Origin: Cereibacter sphaeroides 2.4.1
GTDB taxonomy: Bacteria; Pseudomonadota; Alphaproteobacteria; Rhodobacterales; Rhodobacteraceae
Length of the DNA stretch: 32,000 nt
Assembly: GCF_000012905.2 (NCBI RefSeq)
Contig: NC_007493.2
Span: forward strand, 3,000,001 to 3,032,000
Direction: 5' to 3'
Shown piece after piece: positions 19,148 through 27,165 of this stretch. The number at the start of each line of letters is the position of its first letter. Positions within the stretch are counted from its first letter, which is position 1. Below the pieces are notes generated by a model, which was not told where the DNA came from, did no database searches, and saw only the letters and a list, made by a program, of their open reading frames with translations. Position numbers and translations under genes: made by a program.

Positions 19148-19555
19148 ATGATGATGACCAAACCGGCCGAGACCTCCCGCACCTTCCTAGACACGATGAC
19201 CGAGCTGCTCTCCACCCTGTCGGTGGCCCCCATGGGCACGATCATGGCCAAGCGTATGCTCGACATGCAGCAGGGGATCGCGGGCGAGATGAACCAGGCG
19301 GCGCATGACTGGCTCGACCGCCGTCAGGCCGCCGTCAGCAGTCTCGTCGGCACCGCCCACAAGGTGATGGACAAGGGCTTTTCCGACACCGCGACCTATA
19401 CCTCGATGCAGGAATGGTATGGTGGCATGGTCGAGCGCCTGGCCGCCGACATGAAGAGCCCCTACGACCTGATGCTGGCTTGCAGCGCCCATGTGACGCC
19501 GCCGGTCGCCAAGCCTGCCGAGAAGACCGCCTCCACCTTCCGCCGCGCCGCCTGA
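19148..19555 (+). CDS. hypothetical protein (predicted all-helical, no family recognised)
   Basis: 135-aa ORF with the GGAGG Shine-Dalgarno motif immediately upstream of an ATGATGATG start cluster. Codon third positions are GC-rich. The product is MMMTKPAETSRTFLDTMTELLSTL...SMQEWYGGMVERLAADMKSPYDLM. Confidence 0.7.
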   Translation: MMMTKPAETSRTFLDTMTELLSTLSVAPMGTIMAKRMLDMQQGIAGEMNQAAHDWLDRRQAAVSSLVGTAHKVMDKGFSDTATYTSMQEWYGGMVERLAADMKSPYDLMLACSAHVTPPVAKPAEKTASTFRRAA

Positions 19556-19572
19556 GGCGACCGTCGACCGCA

Positions 19573-19603
19573 GGGCCGGAAGCGGTGCGCCCGCCTCCGG
19601 CCC
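19573..19603 (+). terminator. possible stem-loop after the hypothetical gene
   Basis: GGGCCGGA...TCCGGCCC forms an 8-bp stem with a 15-nt loop, followed by TTGCCTGTC. The large loop makes it weak. Confidence 0.3.
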
Positions 19604-19851
19604 TTGCCTGTCAGGCGGCTCTCGGCCGGCCGCCCGTCGCGATTTTCGCACGGCCATCAGGCACCCCCAGAATCCGCCGAGCCCCGGTCTTGCTGCGAAA
19701 TGCCGCAGGCCGGAGCGGCTAACCCATTCCAAAGGATGGGTATTCATGGCCCAAAGACATTTTCTCTCCGCGGGAACCTTCTGTAAGATGAAGGAAAGAA
19801 GGCTAAGACGCCGGTCTCTCCTCCGGCGCCAAGGGCCGAAGGACGATCGTT

Positions 19852-20130
19852 ATGAAAAAGACTATTGAGCGGTTGAACTGGGACGAACTGCTGGACCTCT
19901 ATGGACGGATCTCCAAGGCACTCGACGCCTGCGAGACCCGGCAAGCCGCCGCGAAGGCGCGATCCATGGCAGCAGCGATCTCCAAAGGGGCAGGAAGCGG
20001 GACGAAGCGCGTGAGCTACTTCAACCCGGCAAATCGCGCCGTGTCGTGGAATGGCCGCGGGCGGTGTCCGAACTGGTTCAAGGTGGCCATGGCTCAGGGG
20101 CGCACGCCCGAAGAACTGGCCTCCCTCTGA
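19852..20130 (+). CDS. H-NS family nucleoid-associated protein (HvrA/Spb-like)
   Basis: 92 aa. The N-terminus is coiled-coil-like, and the C-terminal VSYFNPANRAVSWNGRGRCPNWFKVAMAQGRTPEEL matches the alphaproteobacterial H-NS DNA-binding motif (Y.NP....tWsGRGR.P.W). The upstream region is AT-rich. Confidence 0.85.
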   Translation: MKKTIERLNWDELLDLYGRISKALDACETRQAAAKARSMAAAISKGAGSGTKRVSYFNPANRAVSWNGRGRCPNWFKVAMAQGRTPEELASL

Positions 20131-20137
20131 AAAGCCT

Positions 20138-20177
20138 GTCAACGGCCGGGTGGAGAGGGCTCCGGCCGGCCATTGAC
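20138..20177. terminator. bidirectional stem-loop between the convergent H-NS-like and NMO genes
   Basis: GTCAACGGCCGG...CCGGCCATTGAC forms a 12-bp stem with one C/A mismatch. It fills the 55-bp convergent gap. Confidence 0.5.
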
Positions 20178-20185
20178 GCTGTCGC

Positions 20186-21127
20186 TTACAGCCAGCCTTC
20201 GCCGCGAGCTTCCTCGGCGGCCCCGGAGACAGCCTCCCGATAGTCCGCGATCAGGCGACGGCAGAGCTCTGCCGCCTTCGGAATGTCGGAGATGCCGCCC
20301 ACGCCCTGCCCCGCCGACCAGACGTCGCGCCACACCTTTGCCTCGGAAGCCATGTCGAGATGCGGGGCCGCCCCACCCTCGGGATCGATCCCCGCAGCGG
20401 CGAGGCTCTGGCGCAGGAAGCTCGCCGGAACGCCGCTCACCTTCGGCGTATAGACGATGTCCGCCGCCGCGCTCTCGGCCACCATCCGTTTCTGTGCCTC
20501 GGACACCTGCGCCTCCTCGGTCGCGAGGAAGCGCGTGCCGAGATAGGCGAAGTCGGCGCCCATCATCCGGGCCGCTGCCACGTCCCGCCCGGTGTTCATC
20601 GCGCCCGACAGGACGATGGTGCCCGCGAAGAACGACCGGATCTCCGAGACCAGCGCGAAGGGGCTCAGCGTGCCCGCGTGCCCGCCCGCCCCCGCCGCCA
20701 CGGCAATGATGCCGTCGACGCCCGCCTCGGCGGCCTTGCGGGCATGGCGCGCATTCACGACATCGTGGAAGACGAGCCCGCCGTAGCCATGGACGGCCGC
20801 CACCAGCTCCGGCACTGCGCCGAGCGAGGTGATGACGAGCGGCACCTTTTCGGCCACGCAGACCGCCAGATCCGCCTCGAGCCGCGGGTTCGACCGATGG
20901 ACGATCAGATTGACCCCGAACGGCGCGGCATGGGGCTCGAGCCGGCCCTGGATCTCTTGCAGCCAGTCGCGGAACCCTTCGGTGGAGCGCTGGTTCAGCG
21001 CCGGGAAGGTGCCGAGGAGGCCTGCATTGCAGGTCTCCACCACCAGATCCGGGCCCGACGTGAGGAACATGGGCGCAGCGATCACGGGCGCCTTCAGGCG
21101 GCCCCTCAAGGCTTCAGGAACGGGCAT
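20186..21127 (-). CDS. nitronate monooxygenase (2-nitropropane dioxygenase family, FMN TIM barrel)
   Basis: The ORF reads MPVPEALRGRLKAPVIAAPMFLTSGPDLVVETCNAGLLGTFPALN...GVDGIIAVAAGAGGHAG. The ATG at 21127 has GAGGAGGA upstream. The 21394 start in the track is an extension. Confidence 0.9.
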   Translation of the reverse strand: MPVPEALRGRLKAPVIAAPMFLTSGPDLVVETCNAGLLGTFPALNQRSTEGFRDWLQEIQGRLEPHAAPFGVNLIVHRSNPRLEADLAVCVAEKVPLVITSLGAVPELVAAVHGYGGLVFHDVVNARHARKAAEAGVDGIIAVAAGAGGHAGTLSPFALVSEIRSFFAGTIVLSGAMNTGRDVAAARMMGADFAYLGTRFLATEEAQVSEAQKRMVAESAAADIVYTPKVSGVPASFLRQSLAAAGIDPEGGAAPHLDMASEAKVWRDVWSAGQGVGGISDIPKAAELCRRLIADYREAVSGAAEEARGEGWL

Positions 21128-21415
21128 CGGATCCTCCTCTCGCGTGGCGCGAGGTGACACCGCCTGCCGCGCTCCGGTCAACCGTTCCGCTGCGTCGGGG
21201 ACGGTGCGCGCGCGGGACACTGGCCGATGGGGATCCTTGACGAAAGCCGGCGGCCGGATCGAAAGGGTGGAGAGACGGGAGGTTTGCCGAACGAATATTC
21301 GGTAACAAACGCAAAGGGCTCTCAGAGACGGCGCCTCGCCGAGGATCGCAGGATGAGATGCGGTGCGCGGGCCGGTGTCACGCGAGGTCAGCACCCTTGG
21401 GACGACGGGAGAGGC

Positions 21416-21444
21416 GCGGGCGAGGGCGGATCGGCCTCGCCCGC
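21416..21444 (-). terminator. stem-loop downstream of the lipoprotein gene
   Basis: GCGGGCGAGG-9 nt-CCTCGCCCGC forms a perfect 10-bp stem, 8 nt past the stop at 21452. There is no U tract. Confidence 0.45.
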
Positions 21445-21451
21445 AGCCGGA

Positions 21452-21637
21452 TCACCGAATGACGGCACCGCCCACACCGCCGATCACGGCGCCCGTGATG
21501 GGGTCGTCCGCGATCACCTGGCCCGCGACGGCCCCGCCGAGGGCGCCGGTCGCGGCGCGCTGGGTGCGGGTGTCACCACAGGCGGCAACCGCCACGCTCA
21601 GCACGAGGGCGGGAAGCAGGAACTTGGGAATGCTCAT
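21452..21637 (-). CDS. small glycine-zipper lipoprotein
   Basis: 61 aa. MSIPKFLLPALVLSVAVAACGD has a lipobox (AVAAC), and the rest is a Gly-zipper, GALGGAVAGQVIADDPITGAVIGGVGGAV. GGAGGA lies upstream of the ATG. Confidence 0.75.
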   Translation of the reverse strand: MSIPKFLLPALVLSVAVAACGDTRTQRAATGALGGAVAGQVIADDPITGAVIGGVGGAVIR

Positions 21638-21656
21638 CGGGATCCTCCATGTCGGG

Positions 21657-21679
21657 TCCGGGCGGTGTGCCCGCCCGGA
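21657..21679 (-). terminator. stem-loop downstream of ackA
   Basis: TCCGGGCGG-TGTGC-CCGCCCGGA forms a perfect 9-bp stem about 95 nt after the ackA stop. There is no U tract. Confidence 0.35.
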
Positions 21680-21771
21680 ACATTACGCTGAGGAATGCGC
21701 AGAGCGGCAGGAACGTTCCGTCGCAGGGTCTGCCGCTGGCGAAGAATTGCCGTCAGGCGCCGAAAGACCGG

Positions 21772-22962
21772 TCAGGCAAGCGCCACCCCGGCCGAGTAAT
21801 GCGCGACCTCGCCGCAGTGAAGGGCGCGGAGGATCACCGCCTCCTCGTCCGTCGCGATCACGGCCGCCGTCACCCGACTGCCCGGAGCCGAGATCACACC
21901 CTGTCCCGCACCATTCGCGGCCGCATCCATCTCGAGGCCGAGCCAGCCGAGCCCCTCCATCACCCGCGCCCGGATCTCGGGCGCGTGCTGCCCGATTCCC
22001 GCGGTGAAGACCAGCGCGTCGAGGCCGCCCATTCCCGCACTCAGGGCGCCGATCTGGCGCAGGATGAAACGGACGAAGAGATCGACCGCCTCGGCCGCCT
22101 CGGGCCGGTCGCTGGCCAGAAGGTCGCGCATGTCGGGGCTGATCCCCGAGACGCCGGCGAGGCCGCTCTGCCTGCCGAGGATCGTCTCGATCTCCGGCCC
22201 CGTCAGGCCCTGCCGCAGGAAATGCAGGATCACGCCCGGGTCCAGCTGACCGCAGCGCGTGCCCATCATCAGCCCGTCGAGCGCGCTGAAGCCCATGGTC
22301 GTGTCGAGGCTGCGCAGGTTCTCCATGGCGCAGAGGCTCGCGCCGCTGCCGAGATGGGCCACGATCACCTTGCCGCGCCCGGTCTCGCCCAGCACCTCGG
22401 GCAGGCGGCCCGCGATGTAGTCGTAGGAGAGCCCGTGAAAGCCGTAGCGCAGGATGCCTTCCTCGGCCATGGCGCGGGGCAGGGCATAGAGCCGGGCAAG
22501 GCGCGGCCGGTCGTGGTGGAAGGCCGTGTCGAAGCAGGCAATCTGCGGCACACCCGGCCAGCGCGCCTCGACCGCCCGGACCCCGGCGAGGTTGAAGGGC
22601 TGGTGGCTGGGGGCGAGCGGCGAGAAGCTCTCCAGCCGCTCGATCACCTCGGGCGTGAGCAGGACCGGCGCGTTGTAGTCGGGCCCGCCATGCACCACCC
22701 GGTGTCCGGCCGCATGCAGGTCGAGCGGCCCGAGGCGGCCTTCGAGCAGGCCCAGAAGCCACAGCGTCAGCTCCTTGGCGTCCCGCGCATCGGCGGGCGC
22801 GCGCAGTTCGAGCGTGCCGTCGGGCAGGCTGGCCTTCAGCCGCGGCTGAAGGCCGATCCCCTCGATCAGGCCGCGGACGAGCGGGCGCGCATCCGCCACG
22901 TCGAACAGGCCGAACTTGACCGTGGAAGAGCCGATGTTCAGGACGAGCCAGACGGGTTTCAT
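21772..22962 (-). CDS. ackA: acetate (short-chain acyl) kinase
   Basis: It starts MKPVWLVLNIGSSTVKFGLF..., and also contains GHRVVHGG, RYGFHGLSY and FTAGIGQHAPEIR. I take the ATG at 22962 (ATGA overlap with the upstream gene). The 800-aa ORF in the track is this frame read on through the next gene. Confidence 0.93.
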   Translation of the reverse strand: MKPVWLVLNIGSSTVKFGLFDVADARPLVRGLIEGIGLQPRLKASLPDGTLELRAPADARDAKELTLWLLGLLEGRLGPLDLHAAGHRVVHGGPDYNAPVLLTPEVIERLESFSPLAPSHQPFNLAGVRAVEARWPGVPQIACFDTAFHHDRPRLARLYALPRAMAEEGILRYGFHGLSYDYIAGRLPEVLGETGRGKVIVAHLGSGASLCAMENLRSLDTTMGFSALDGLMMGTRCGQLDPGVILHFLRQGLTGPEIETILGRQSGLAGVSGISPDMRDLLASDRPEAAEAVDLFVRFILRQIGALSAGMGGLDALVFTAGIGQHAPEIRARVMEGLGWLGLEMDAAANGAGQGVISAPGSRVTAAVIATDEEAVILRALHCGEVAHYSAGVALA

Positions 22963-24380
22963 TCGGCCACCGGCTTCGTTGGCCGCGCCTCGGCATGGAG
23001 CCGGGCAAGGGCCGCCGAGGTGAGGCGCGCGGAAGGACCGTCGGCGCGGCTCGTCAGCATGATCGGCACCTTCGCCCCGAGCACAAGACCCGCAGCCTCG
23101 GCGCCGCCCAGATGGATCAGCTGCTTGGCGATCATGTTGCCACTCTCGAGGTTCGGCGCCACGAGGATGTCGGCGCGCCCCGCCACGTCCGAGACGATGC
23201 CCTTGGCCTTCACCGCTTCCATCGAAATCGCATTGTCGTAGGCGAGCGGCCCGTCGATCAGCCCGCCCACGATCTGGCCGCGGTCGTGCATCTTGCAGAT
23301 CGAGGCCGCGAGGAGCGTCGAGGGGATCTTGCCCGTCACCGTCTCGACCGCCGACAGGAGCGCCGTGCGCGGGCACTCGATCCCCAGCGCCATGACGAGG
23401 TCGATGGCATTCTGAACGATGTCCTTCATCGTCTCGAGGTCGGGCGCGATGTTGATCGCGGCATCGGTGATGAAGAGGATCCGGTCCACGTCCGGCACGT
23501 CGAGCGCGAAGACATGGCTGAGGCGCCGCTCGGTCCGCAGACCCGTGTCGCGGCGGAGCACCGCCGACAGCAGCTCGTCGGTGTGCAGCTTGCCCTTCAT
23601 CAGCGCGCCCGCGCGTCCGTCGCGCACCAGATCCACCGCCACTTCGGCCGAGGCATGGCTGTGGGGGGTGTCGACGATGCGGCTCTCGTCCAGCGTGACA
23701 TTGGCCGCGGCCGCCGTGGCGAGGATCCGGGCCTTCGGCCCCACCCACCAGGGCGTGATGAGGCCTGCGCCTTCCGCCTGGATCGCGCCGAGAAGGCTCA
23801 GGTCGTCGCAGGGATGGACGATGGCCGTGGGCAGCGGAGGCAGGCTCCGCGCGGCGAGGATGAGGTTGGCAAAGCGCGCGCCCGGCGTGTGCAGCCGCAC
23901 CTCGGGCAGGTGCGAGACCGGGCGGCGCACCTTCTCGCGCGGGGCCATCACCAGCGCCTCGCCGGTGATGACCAGTTCTCCCGCCTGATTGAGGCAGAGG
24001 CAGTCGAGCGTGACCTTGGCCGAGGCCATGTCCTTCTCGCGCACCGTCACCCGCACGGTGATCCTGTCGCCGGGCGAGACCGGGCGGCGGAAGCGCAGCG
24101 ACTGGCCGAGGTAGATCGTGCCGGGGCCGGGCAGGCGGGTGCCCAGCACCGCCGAGATCAGCGCGCCGCCCCACATGCCGTGGGCGATGACATGGTGAAA
24201 GCCCGTCTCGGCCGCATAGGTCGCATCGAGATGGGCCGGGTTCACGTCGCCCGACATGACGGCGAACAGCTCGATGTCCTCGGGGGTCAGCACGCGGTCC
24301 ACCTCGGCGCTCTCGCCGATCTGGAGTTCCTCCAGCGTCCGGTTCTCGACCGTGGTGATGGAAGGATCACATCCGAACAT
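22959..24380 (-). CDS. bifunctional MaoC-type (R)-enoyl-CoA hydratase / phosphate acyl(acetyl/butyryl)transferase fusion
   Basis: 473 aa. The N-terminal hot-dog MaoC part includes FAVMSGDVNPAHLD...HGMW. The C-terminal 300 aa resemble the PTA_PTB fold (ITDAAINIAPDLE...GPLAYDNA...APNLESGNM). Confidence 0.9.
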   Translation of the reverse strand: MFGCDPSITTVENRTLEELQIGESAEVDRVLTPEDIELFAVMSGDVNPAHLDATYAAETGFHHVIAHGMWGGALISAVLGTRLPGPGTIYLGQSLRFRRPVSPGDRITVRVTVREKDMASAKVTLDCLCLNQAGELVITGEALVMAPREKVRRPVSHLPEVRLHTPGARFANLILAARSLPPLPTAIVHPCDDLSLLGAIQAEGAGLITPWWVGPKARILATAAAANVTLDESRIVDTPHSHASAEVAVDLVRDGRAGALMKGKLHTDELLSAVLRRDTGLRTERRLSHVFALDVPDVDRILFITDAAINIAPDLETMKDIVQNAIDLVMALGIECPRTALLSAVETVTGKIPSTLLAASICKMHDRGQIVGGLIDGPLAYDNAISMEAVKAKGIVSDVAGRADILVAPNLESGNMIAKQLIHLGGAEAAGLVLGAKVPIMLTSRADGPSARLTSAALARLHAEARPTKPVAE

Positions 24381-25125
24381 GTCGGCCTCCGTCGATGTGG
24401 GTCACGGTTCCGGTGACGCCCGAGGCGGCATCGGAGGCGAGGAAGGCGGCCACGGCACCCACCTCGTCGATGGTCACGAGACGCCGCTCGGGCGAGCGGG
24501 TCTTGGCATCCTCGATCAGCGCGTCGAAATGGTCGATGCCGCTCGCTGCGCGGGTCGCGATCGGGCCGGGCGAGAGCACGTTGGCCCGGATCCCCTGCGG
24601 CCCGAGCTCGGCCGCCACATGGCGGGTGCAGGCTTCGAGCGCGGCCTTCACCGGACCCATGATGTTGTAATGGTCCACCACCTTCTCGGCGCCGTAGTAG
24701 CTGACCGTCATCAGGCTGCCGCCCGCGCTCATCAGCGGTTCGGCCAGCTTCGCCATCCGCAGGAACGAGTGGCAGGAGATGTCCATGGCCTGTGCGAAGC
24801 CCCGGGCCGAACAGTCGGTGACGCGGCCGTGCAGATCCTCCTTCGGGCAGAAGGCCACCGAATGGAGCAGGAAGTCGAGACGCCCCCAGCGTTGCCTGAC
24901 GCTCTCGAAGACCGCTTCCAGCGCATCTTCCTGCGACAGGTCGAGCGGCAGCAGCGCCGCGGCGTCCACCTCCTCGGCCACCGGCTGGACATGGGGCAGG
25001 GCGCGCTCGTTCAGATAGGTCAGCGCAAGCTCGGCCCCGGCGCCCGCGAAGGCGCGGGCGCATCCGGCGGCGATCGACTGGCCGTTGGCGACACCCACCA
25101 CCAGCCCATATTTTCCCTTCAGCAT
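24367..25125 (-). CDS. fabI: enoyl-[ACP]/enoyl-thioester reductase, FabI family (SDR)
   Basis: 252 aa starting MLKGKYGLVVGVANGQSIA..., with HSVAF, SYYGAEKVVDHYNIMGPVKAALE (the Y-x6-K catalytic pair) and NVLSPGPI. Confidence 0.9.
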   Translation of the reverse strand: MLKGKYGLVVGVANGQSIAAGCARAFAGAGAELALTYLNERALPHVQPVAEEVDAAALLPLDLSQEDALEAVFESVRQRWGRLDFLLHSVAFCPKEDLHGRVTDCSARGFAQAMDISCHSFLRMAKLAEPLMSAGGSLMTVSYYGAEKVVDHYNIMGPVKAALEACTRHVAAELGPQGIRANVLSPGPIATRAASGIDHFDALIEDAKTRSPERRLVTIDEVGAVAAFLASDAASGVTGTVTHIDGGRHVRM

Positions 25126-25137
25126 CGTCCCGGCCCT

Positions 25138-26859
25138 TCAGCGTTGCAGGATGTAGGTGCCCGGCGCCTCGCAGAGCGCAGGGTAGCCGCTCCGGGCGTT
25201 GCCCATCGGGGGCAGCTTGCCCTTGGGCGTGGAGCGTTCGGCGAGCCAGGCGCCCCAGGCGGGCCACCACGACCCCTCGACCGGCGCCGTTTCGGCGAAC
25301 CATTCGTCGGCGTCGCGGTAGGGATCGTCGCGCCCGGTGGTGGCGATGCGGAAATGCCGCCGCGGATGCCCCGGCTCGGACACGATGCCGGCATTGTGCC
25401 CGCCCGAGGTGAGCACGAAGGTCGTCTCGGTCTCGGTCAGCCGCTGGATCTTGAACACCGACCGCCAGGGCGCGACATGGTCCGTCTCGGTGCCCACCGC
25501 GAGGATCGGCAGCCGCAGCTCGGTCAGCGACAGCGCATGGCCCTCGAGCTCGAACTTGCCCTCGGCGAAGCGGTTCTCGAGGAACAGATGGCGCAGATAT
25601 TCCGAATGCATCCGGTAGGGCATCCGGGTCGAATCCGCGTTCCAGGTCATCAGGTCGTTCGGATGCGGCCGCTCGCCCATCATGTATTCATGGATCATCC
25701 GCGACCAGATCAGATCGTTCGACCGCAGAAGCGTGAAGGCCCCGCTCATCTGATCGCTGTCGAGATAGCCCTGATGCCACATCATGTCCTCGAGCAGCGC
25801 CACCTGCGCCTCCGAGATGAAGAGCGCGAGCTCGCCCGCTTCCGAGAAATCGACCTGCGCCGCGAACAGCGTCATCGAGGCCAGCCGCTCGTCGTGATCG
25901 TGGGCCATGCGCGCGGCCATGATCGACAGAAGCGTGCCGCCGAGGCAGTAGCCCGCCGCATGGACCTTCGGCGCGCCGGTGATCGTCTGGATCGCCTTCA
26001 GCGCGGCGCGCGGCCCCTGATCGAGATAGTCGATCAGACCCAGATCGCGGTCCTCGGACTCGGGGTTGCGCCAGGAGATCATGAAGACGGTGAAGCCCTG
26101 CGCCACCAGCCAGCGGACCAGCGAATTCTGCTCGCTCAGGTCGAGGATGTAATATTTCATGATCCAGGCCGGCACGATTAGCACCGGCTCGGGATGCACC
26201 TCCCTGGTGGTGGGGCTGTACTGGATCAGCTCCATCAGATGCGTGCGCAGGACGACCTTGCCCGGTGTCGCGGCCAGCGTCTCGCCGATGCGGAACCCGC
26301 CTTCGTCCATCGGCACGCCGGTCGCGAGGCGGGCCATGTCGCCCGCGAAATTCATCGCGCCCTGCATGAGGTTGGCGCCCCGCGTCTCTGTCGTGCGGGC
26401 CAGCACCTCGGGGTTGAGGAACGGGTTGTTCGAGGGCGACCAGACGTCGAGCATCTGGCGCACCGAAAAGCTCAGCGCCGCCTCATGCGCCCGGTCCATC
26501 CCGCGCAGGCCGGTGGTGGCCGTCTGCCACCAGTCCTCGGTCAGAAGGAAGCTGTCGCGCAGCGCGGCGAAGGGCTGGCGGCTCCACGCCTCCGAAGCGT
26601 AGCGGCGGTCCCTGACCGGAGCCTCGTGCGGCTGCAGCCCCGCTTGCATCAAGGCGGCGGACGCAGTTGCCGCCTTCTCCCACAGCTCCGCCTGTTTTCC
26701 GGGGGCCGCGGCCAGATGCATCATCCAGTCGAGCGCAGCCGTCGCCAGCACCGAGGGCGCCAGACCCCGCGTCATGCCTGCGATGGCGGCGCGTGCCGCC
26801 CGGTCCAGCGCTTGCCCATAGGCCGGCGCACCTTCCGCATTCCACTTCATGTCAGACAT
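25138..26859 (-). CDS. phaC: class I poly(R)-hydroxyalkanoate synthase-like protein (PhaC paralogue)
   Basis: 573 aa with the PhaC N-terminal domain, including PSNNPFLNPEVL. The lipase box has Cys as nucleophile (GYCLGG). It also has WNADSTRMP and a GGHNAGIV His region. Confidence 0.9.
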   Translation of the reverse strand: MSDMKWNAEGAPAYGQALDRAARAAIAGMTRGLAPSVLATAALDWMMHLAAAPGKQAELWEKAATASAALMQAGLQPHEAPVRDRRYASEAWSRQPFAALRDSFLLTEDWWQTATTGLRGMDRAHEAALSFSVRQMLDVWSPSNNPFLNPEVLARTTETRGANLMQGAMNFAGDMARLATGVPMDEGGFRIGETLAATPGKVVLRTHLMELIQYSPTTREVHPEPVLIVPAWIMKYYILDLSEQNSLVRWLVAQGFTVFMISWRNPESEDRDLGLIDYLDQGPRAALKAIQTITGAPKVHAAGYCLGGTLLSIMAARMAHDHDERLASMTLFAAQVDFSEAGELALFISEAQVALLEDMMWHQGYLDSDQMSGAFTLLRSNDLIWSRMIHEYMMGERPHPNDLMTWNADSTRMPYRMHSEYLRHLFLENRFAEGKFELEGHALSLTELRLPILAVGTETDHVAPWRSVFKIQRLTETETTFVLTSGGHNAGIVSEPGHPRRHFRIATTGRDDPYRDADEWFAETAPVEGSWWPAWGAWLAERSTPKGKLPPMGNARSGYPALCEAPGTYILQR

Positions 26860-26943
26860 GGATCGTTCCGTGTTCCGAGAGCTCTGGAGCCCGCTTACGC
26901 TTCTTTCATGAAATCGGTGTAATGCAGCCGCAGCATTTTTGAT

Positions 26944-26957
26944 TTGAGCAAGATCAA
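26944..26957. promoter_or_regulatory. FNR/FnrL-type box TTGAG-CAAG-ATCAA
   Basis: It has one mismatch to TTGAT-N4-ATCAA. Its centre is about 91 bp upstream of the phaC-like ATG (26859), inside an AT-rich patch of the divergent spacer. Confidence 0.6.
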
Positions 26958-27165
26958 GTTATTAATTTGCCGTGATTTAGGGCATCGCAATCTTTGCCGC
27001 ATTGCAGCACAACGGCTTGGCGCAGCCCTGCGACGGATGGTCGCGCTGCAGGATGCGGCATTGACCAGGCAGGGCCGCGCCCTAGTTCCCCGATTCGTGG
27101 GTGAGGTGAGTCTCCGTGGTCTCCGGGCAACGGAAAGGCGCCTGTCGAGTTCCGAGCGGTGTATC

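Noticed and set aside
19148-19555. Calling the 135-aa hypothetical a phasin because a PhaC paralogue lies 6 kb away
   Set aside because: It has no resemblance to the phasin sequences I remember and is not adjacent to the PHA genes. I left it as hypothetical.
21678-21702. GGAAC-N16-CGCA string downstream of the lipoprotein start region
   Set aside because: The -10 element does not match CGTT, and it would fire antisense into ackA. It is probably a chance match.
22963-24174. N-terminal 400 aa of the 800-aa ORF 21772..24174
   Set aside because: Only the part from ATG 22962 onward is AckA. The upstream extension is an alternative frame of the MaoC-Pta gene and reads as Pro/Arg/Gly junk.
24256-26181. 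641-aa plus-strand ORF
   Set aside because: It is antisense to the fabI-like and phaC-like genes and has a low-complexity Arg/Gly/His composition.
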